Source: Pseudovirgaria hyperparasitica (taxonomy: Eukaryota). From it: 64,000 bases of DNA. Of the stretch, positions 57,646 to 64,000 are shown in pieces. The notes below the pieces were generated by a model. It made no database searches, was not told the origin of the DNA, and saw only the letters and a list, made by a program, of their open reading frames with translations. Within the stretch, counting starts at the first letter, position 1; the number at the start of each line of letters is the position of its first letter. The stretch lies in assembly GCA_010093815.1 (NCBI GenBank), contig ML996579.1. One strand, written 5' to 3'. Position numbers and translations under genes: made by a program.

Positions 57646-58827
57646 TTATCTCCAAAACCACCCCCCCTTACCGTCTTCCTTCCTCTCTTCTGCTCTGATC
57701 ACTCGGTCCGACATGCTCTCACCCTGAGCTGACGTATCGTGCATACATTCGTCAGTCTGCAGTCCTGTGTGTGTCGTATGCACGGTCTCCGATGTTTCTT
57801 CTTTACCATTCGCAAAGTGCTTCTTCAGCACGACTTTAGTGGTGATTGTGCCATCGGGGAGAACAGTGCGCTCTGTTGTAGTCATCGACGATAAGACGGA
57901 TGGTTTGTGGCTCGAAGGGGTGGGGATTTGTAACGCGTTGGATGCTATTTTGTGAGAATTGTTGGGATGTTCCAAAGTGTCCGAGCTGCTGTTGGAAGCC
58001 TTACATGTGATGCCGAAGTGCTTCTCGTATAACTCTTGCTCTGTGGACGGAAATTCATCTTCGATGTCATTATCGTAATCATCATCCCCGTCGCCCTCGT
58101 CATCGTTCTCGTGCCTAGACTCCTCCTCCTCCTCCTCATCCTCCTCCTCCTGCCATGGCTGTGTCATAGGCCACAATGCCGTTTGCGACCCCCAATGCCG
58201 ATCGAAAGTGCGCGTCACTAAATTATCTGCGTGCTTCATAACTGCGAAAAGTCCAACCCTCTCTCTTAATCCCTTTGACCACTGTTCCGGATTCTCCCAT
58301 CTGTGGTCAAGCAAATCTTCCGGTGATACTCTTGAGGTAGTCATGGTATGCCACACCAGGTCCTCGAACGCTGCACGCCACTGTATGCCCGGTATATCTT
58401 TTTCTAGCTGAACCGGCGAGTAGTCACTATGTAGTAGCCAATCAGGCTTCAGGAGTTCACCGTGAGTTTTGTCCAGATATCTAGTCAGGCCGTTGAGTCC
58501 GGGATCGGAGAGACTCTGGTTCTGTTCATTTCTAAACGATGCTTCTATGTCTGCTGCTTCTTCCATAAGGCGAAACATTTCTTTCTGAAGAGGTGTGAGG
58601 GCATCATTTTCACTCGGTCGTGGAGTTCGGCGTGGATGAGGCATGTGTCGTGAAGCAATGTCGTTGGACAAGTCGCGGAGGAGACCGAAAATTGAGTTGA
58701 TCTGCTGATCGGCAAAGCGACGAAAGGCGATAAAGGGATTTTGATTTTGGGTCTGATGCTCGTCGGGAGAGGAGGAATAGGACGCGGGATAGTCTTTCCC
58801 GTCATCGTCTCGGGAAGGGGACGTCAT
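57646..58827 (-). CDS. Fungal hypothetical protein (393 aa) with an acidic tract
   Basis: Long intronless ORF with structured blocks NPFIAFRRFADQQ, SDYSPVQLE..WRAAFEDL and TTTERTVLPDGTITTKVVLKKHFANGKEE, ending GGWFWR. Confidence 0.85.
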   Translation of the reverse strand: MTSPSRDDDGKDYPASYSSSPDEHQTQNQNPFIAFRRFADQQINSIFGLLRDLSNDIASRHMPHPRRTPRPSENDALTPLQKEMFRLMEEAADIEASFRNEQNQSLSDPGLNGLTRYLDKTHGELLKPDWLLHSDYSPVQLEKDIPGIQWRAAFEDLVWHTMTTSRVSPEDLLDHRWENPEQWSKGLRERVGLFAVMKHADNLVTRTFDRHWGSQTALWPMTQPWQEEEDEEEEEESRHENDDEGDGDDDYDNDIEDEFPSTEQELYEKHFGITCKASNSSSDTLEHPNNSHKIASNALQIPTPSSHKPSVLSSMTTTERTVLPDGTITTKVVLKKHFANGKEETSETVHTTHTGLQTDECMHDTSAQGESMSDRVIRAEERKEDGKGGWFWR

Positions 58828-59185
58828 GGTGGGAGTTTGTTCGATTCTAATGATAGGGGTGTGTTCGTGCGAGCTGAGAGGAGGATGTGAGTGAAGCAGG
58901 TCCGCGGGTGGAATGAGTATGTATAGTCATGTATTATGAGTTAGTAATTAAGCCCACCCGGTCTACACTGCGGGCGGCCCCATGGTGGTAGCCGCGGCGC
59001 TACCCCACAGCTAGCGACAGTTGCTTACAGCCAATCGTTCACACGTGCGCTTAAAGAGTCCAACGTTATCATTGGGAACATGTTTCATTCTGATCCTATC
59101 GTAGCTATCGTCTATACAAACTTGTTTATAGTAGTCCTGTGTCTAGTTATATGATTCGCAGTCATCAAAAGCCCTGTGTCTATGT

Positions 59186-61155
59186 CTAGAGTGTAATCTG
59201 AGACCGCATGACGCGCGCGGATGGCGGCGTCGTTAGTGTGTGAGTCCACGCTTCTTTACCGTCTATGATGAGTCTGTATGTTAATAATCCTTGGTCACTT
59301 GAATCCGGGTTCGTGATCTCGATCGCGCCAAACTTGGAGTTGCCGTCCGGAAGATACCTTTGAGTGTCAGTTTTTTGCTTCAAAGCTAGGAACCGGCTGG
59401 CTCACTTTATTTTTACGTCTTCCAAATCAGTCTGTTTATAAGTACGATACGGGAGATAGAACATCGAAAGCGGCGATGTGCTGAACTCATGAACTGTACT
59501 AGTGGCGGGCCATTTGCCTCCAGCTGGGGGTGGAAAGGCCGTAGCTGCGAACTCGTGCCGGTCGCCGCTCAAAACGATGACACCGACGCCGCCTTTGAGA
59601 CCGACATCCCACATTGCTTCAAGAATCTTCTGGCGTTCTACAAGGTATCCTCCCCATGTATCTTCTCCTCCGAAATGCCAGTTTTTGGTAAAAGGGATAC
59701 TGGAGACAATGACTTTCCAATGAATTCCGGCTGGGGTCGGCGACGCTAAGAACTGGAGCAAGTCAAAGAGCTGTGCATCTCCTAGCATCGATTTTCTCGT
59801 ATCGGTTGCGTTCTTTGAGTTTGTGGTTCTGTAACGGCGCGTATCCATCAAAAAGAAAGAGGCTAGACCTTGGTTGAATTCGAACCATGTGTGGCCTGCA
59901 CGGGAAGCTGGTGGATTTACAGCGGCGTTGTAGTGATGCCAGGGGTCAATAGCAGACTGGTATAGACCTGTTGTGTTTTTATCCCAATCATTGCTGATCT
60001 CGTGGTCATCAATTACATGTAACCAGGGCAAGTCATGTGAGGCAGCTGGCCAGTCGGGGGAGGCATAAACTTGGCGATACTCTTGTCGATAAGTGCCAAC
60101 ATCTGTGCCAAGTCGCAATGGCACGTCAACATAGATGAAGTCTCCCAAGAATAGCATAAAGTGAGCTTGGAGTTTGGGAATCCAGCTTGCCAAGTGGTTG
60201 AAACCAGGGATATGCAGTGGGTGGTCAGTTGGATTATATGGCACCCGGGGCTTGATGCAACTTGAATGAACAAAGGTGTACTTCCCATCAGTGTGTTTGG
60301 AAGTCTTGCCTATTCTTGGAGCGGTAGTGAAATGGCCAGTTTGATTGTTTGATAGCATATATTGATAGCGAGTGTCTGGACTTAGCCAATTGATCTTGAT
60401 AGTTGCCGTGTAATCAGTGTCATCAGTAAGGTCCGACGGCTCCAAAGTTGAAGCAGTCTTCCAGGAGCCGTCATCAATGCCTAAGAAGTGTCCGATGTCG
60501 GAGGATGCGTTCGGATCGAGTCGTCGATATTTAATTGTAAGCGGGAGCTGGTGAAGATGTGGCTCCCTGACCAATAGTTTTGCGCTTGAATCAGAGACAT
60601 AGCCAACTCTTATAAAGGCCAGGTCATGGGCTTGGTGTAATAGCGGACCGTGATAGACGTGATCGTAGCACATCAACACTAAAGCTATGTTGATGAATAA
60701 TGTCACATAACTCCACAGTGAGGACGTCGGGCTAGGCAGGCCAGTCAAGAGTGTTCTCAAAACGCGTGGTTTTGGCTTGACCTTTGCCACGACTACTGTC
60801 TCGGTCTCTTCCACAGCTTCATCCTCGCCATCACTATCCGTTATAATCTCTTTTGTATCAATAATTCTAACGATATCCCTGTATGGTGCGGTTTCCTGGA
60901 ATGCGGCGATAAAGGAAGTGAGGTAGATGCCAATCAGGGCAGGGAGAACGGGTGGAACGCCCTTGACATGTAGTGAGAAGCTGCTATGAGAACAAACCGA
61001 GCAAAACTTACGGGAACAGGTATCTAAGCGTCATTCATTAGCAGAGCACTTCGCTACATAGCTGTGGGCTTTACCCATCGCAGAAAAACATAAGTACTCA
61101 ACCGTAAGACGACTGAGCTGCTCAGAGCTGTGTACTTCACGAAAGTAGATGGCAT
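59186..61155 (-). CDS. PhoD-like alkaline phosphatase, membrane-anchored, 4 exons
   Basis: Motifs SSCIKP, LFLGDFIYVD, DDHEISNDW, MDTRRYR, MLGDAQ, DTWGGY..ER and LSGDRH. Exon 1 MPSTF...FLRW, a 12-nt exon at 61012-61023 (IPVP), a large exon, and a last exon YLPDGNSKFG...ITL*. Confidence 0.9.
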
Positions 61156-61681
61156 TTCGATGGAGCAGACATGCTAATTCAGACTTGAGATCGCTGCGTA
61201 AGATCGTGTCCACCGGTGTATGGCTCGAGCGCGCTATGACGTACTAGTGAAGCCATCTTGGATCTGACAGCGGCAGACATCCCAAGCTTCATCAAATTAG
61301 AGCCAATCAGATGCCTCCATTTAATCAGCGTTAACACGTTAACACGTCAACGTTTCTGCCTCTACCTTTCACTGTGATCTTCCTAGTCCTGAAAGCTGTT
61401 GATTGACTCAGTTATGCATAAATGTGTATAAGAACGATAGTTGTCAGTTGAAGAGTTGCCAGAGCAAGACCAAGACACGCTTCTTCAGATTTGTTCATAG
61501 GAGCTAAATAGTTGTTCACAAACAAACAAAGTGACATTGATTAGGCATTCGTACATACGTACGTTGTTGCCATAGCGTATCCCAGTAGCCTGTCCGTAGT
61601 AGTACAGCCGATAGCTATCTGCCTTAATCCATCAATTGTAAACAGACCGGTCACGAACATCTCGCTATAGAAACTCGGTAC

Positions 61682-62797
61682 CTAGTGCCAACCCCGTTTC
61701 TCGGGAGGATACTCGCCAGTAGCGTTCCTTCGATAGGCCGGAGGTTGACCCACGGGTGGATCAGCTGCGCTGGAATTTACGTCAGATCCTCGTCTACAGC
61801 CATCCTCACGGGACGATGCCGGTTGCTGTGTGATGTTGCCGTATGTCGAATCACTGAACCCGCCAAAGGTAGGAGCCACAGGAGCTATACTGTCACCCTG
61901 TGCTGGAGCCGAACCAGCGTGTGCATCGTATACTGGAGGTTGATTCACACCTGGACCGGTGTTGAAGTCTTCACGTCCGCCGCGGCCGTTGACGACTACA
62001 CCACGGTTCGGCATAGCGGCATGGCTACCGTTGTAAAGCGGGATTGCTCCTTGACTGTTTGGGTTCGGAGGTTCGTTCATGGGTATTGAAGGATTGTTTG
62101 CATTACTGAACCCCCCGAATTGTAATGGAGCGCGTGCCTGCGAGTCAGATGGAGTAACAACAGGAAAGTTATCGAGAGCGAGGGTTGCAGAGGGGGCAGG
62201 ACCTTGACGAGCAAGGAGTTCTGGCCCATTGCCTCCACAATGACAATGACCTTGGGCTTCGTGACGTCTACAGGAGCGGCGTCCTTCGGGTCTTGGGCCA
62301 GAGTAGATCCCATTGCTGTCGTTATCGTCGAAATCGTAATCGTCATATAGTTCGTCGTAATCAAAGTATATAGGCGCGGCTATGCCATCGATAAAGAGTC
62401 CAAGCCGTGGATCTAAATGCATTCTACCGTAGCCGGTCCGGTCATAAATGATGTCCCAGCATCGATAGAGAAGAAGAATCTTGAAAGCGTGCTCATCGAA
62501 CGGAATCAAGCGTCTCGCCAAACTATGAGGGTCGCCGTACAGCTCATACGCCACAAACCACAACTCTGTCGAAATCTGTACGATAAGTTCATCTGGACAG
62601 CGTTCGAGAACGCGATATGAGAGTGGCATATCTACCCATAGAGTCTCATCGCCATAGTAGACAGGTGGGATTTCCAGCTTGCTGATAATCATCCCCACGC
62701 CTCGGCGCGTCAGTTCATGCTCGATATCTAGGGCCTCGATGTCGTAACCTAGAGACCGAATCTCGATGATACCGGGTCCGATTAAACGGGATCCCAT
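61682..62797 (-). CDS. Hypothetical protein (371 aa) with a globular N-terminus and disordered PPxY-containing C-terminus
   Basis: Long intronless ORF with a TATA-like catatatagg about 120 bp upstream. No family recognised. Confidence 0.7.
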   Translation of the reverse strand: MGSRLIGPGIIEIRSLGYDIEALDIEHELTRRGVGMIISKLEIPPVYYGDETLWVDMPLSYRVLERCPDELIVQISTELWFVAYELYGDPHSLARRLIPFDEHAFKILLLYRCWDIIYDRTGYGRMHLDPRLGLFIDGIAAPIYFDYDELYDDYDFDDNDSNGIYSGPRPEGRRSCRRHEAQGHCHCGGNGPELLARQGPAPSATLALDNFPVVTPSDSQARAPLQFGGFSNANNPSIPMNEPPNPNSQGAIPLYNGSHAAMPNRGVVVNGRGGREDFNTGPGVNQPPVYDAHAGSAPAQGDSIAPVAPTFGGFSDSTYGNITQQPASSREDGCRRGSDVNSSAADPPVGQPPAYRRNATGEYPPEKRGWH

Positions 62798-63282
62798 GTT
62801 GAGCGTTTCTTGTAGTATGCCTTGGGATGTCGAGACTGTCGTAAGAAGGTTACAGCTTTGCAGGAAATATCAAGGTAGATGTGCTTATTGGTTATGAGCA
62901 CAAGAGGCTCGCCCCTATATGCTGTATCGACGACGCAGCTGTCACTGACCCCTGCGCTGGAGGATACCTCGTGTAAGATGTGTGCAGAAAATACTGGAGC
63001 GTGGCCCTAACGATATGCTTCAATGTTATCGACATGCTCTTGAACGCTGTGTCAAACGAGTGAATCACCTCTAGTCCCCATTTTGATAACGCTGTGGACT
63101 TCTTATGTGCCGCTACTGCCAGCGCATGAGCGTCGATGACAGTGGACCGTATATGAAGACCTTCACAGAATGGCTAGTATAGAACTCTCTTCCATAGACG
63201 GTGTGCTAGAAGTTAGGGCCAAAGACGTTTCTTTTGGGCTGACGGTGATTTGAACAGCAGAAATGATTCTGAAATTTAGAGT

Positions 63283-64000
63283 TCATGTCTCCGAGTCACT
63301 TTCCAGGGCTTGTAGTTTTTTTAACGCTCTCGCGCTCTCCTCTATGTGATAGGATAACGTGCGCCGGAGATGCACTATCTCAAGCTCCCTAGCCGGTGCC
63401 GGCATTGATGTAGCTGAGATTAGAGCTGGCCTTGCTCCAAAGCCTTTAACAGATCGCAACTCAGAGGGTGGGCCAGCAACAACCTGCGCTGCTTCGCCTG
63501 AAGAAATTGTTGCTGGACATCTACTTGGATCTGGAGTCGTAGGGGCACTATGCTTTCGACGTTTCGGTAAAGCAGATGAACAGCATTCTCCTGGAGACCT
63601 TGCATCTAACCAGGCGTGGACAGGTGCCGGGTCGAATATACCTTGGCGTGACCGGGATCGTTTCTTCTTGTATGACTGTTGAGGTGGTTGAGAGACCACT
63701 TCTTCTGCTTTGACCAAGGGCAGCTCAACCACGGCTGTACTGGTCTTTCCACATTGTGGCATGTCTGAGACCTTTCGCAGAGCCTCCTCTGTGGAGGGCG
63801 GTGTTGGTAGTGAGTCATAATTTGTAAATCTACTGGAAGGTATGGCATCTTTCGCTACTGTGTTCAGCGTGATTGACGAACTATGAATGTTGATCTCTCG
63901 TAATGCTGACGAGTTGGTATTGTCTGTTGGTCCCAGTCTGGCGATCCCAAGCTCTGGCATGTCTGTGGTCGAGTATGATGAAGCGAAGGCTTCAATCGGC
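63283..64000 (-). CDS. Hypothetical protein, 3' part (frame stays open to the window edge)
   Basis: 225-aa Ser/Pro-rich ORF with basic patches KKKRSRSR and KRRK and a C-terminal helix. No stop codon between 63960 and 64000 in this frame. Confidence 0.6.
   Translation of the reverse strand, partial: PIEAFASSYSTTDMPELGIARLGPTDNTNSSALREINIHSSSITLNTVAKDAIPSSRFTNYDSLPTPPSTEEALRKVSDMPQCGKTSTAVVELPLVKAEEVVSQPPQQSYKKKRSRSRQGIFDPAPVHAWLDARSPGECCSSALPKRRKHSAPTTPDPSRCPATISSGEAAQVVAGPPSELRSVKGFGARPALISATSMPAPARELEIVHLRRTLSYHIEESARALKKLQALESDSET

Overview
This is eukaryotic DNA from a filamentous ascomycete (Pezizomycotina), judged by short GT-AG introns with CTRAC/CTAAT branch points, fungal gene families and TpA-rich RIP-type relics. 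The window opens in an AT-rich, apparently RIP-degraded repeat relic with an orphan ORF beside it. It then holds about 25 protein-coding genes: GH47 mannosidase, acyl-CoA dehydrogenase, BCS1-like AAA ATPase, Aro8-like aminotransferase, LCCL membrane protein, DUF1996 protein, acyltransferase-3, a TF-like protein, MAPEG, mitochondrial bL27, Ubc7, PQ-loop protein, AIG2/GGCT, cupin, Glc8/inhibitor-2, Ugo1, ferredoxin Yah1, a HapX-like bZIP, scramblase, Sen2, an MFS transporter, an NmrA-like reductase, a PTH11-like receptor, PhoD phosphatase and several hypotheticals. The best-supported unusual feature is a 516-bp non-autonomous hAT-type element (21-bp TIRs, perfect 8-bp TSD) that splits the NmrA-like gene; removing it restores the reading frame. 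Other leads are the orphan two-domain protein at the RIP boundary, a GH47 with substituted active-site residues, a divergent HapX-like regulator in a mitochondrial gene block, a GC-AG intron and several 11-12 nt microexons. I found no convincing tRNA, rRNA or CRISPR array. All family calls come from motif recognition by eye; no database searches were run.
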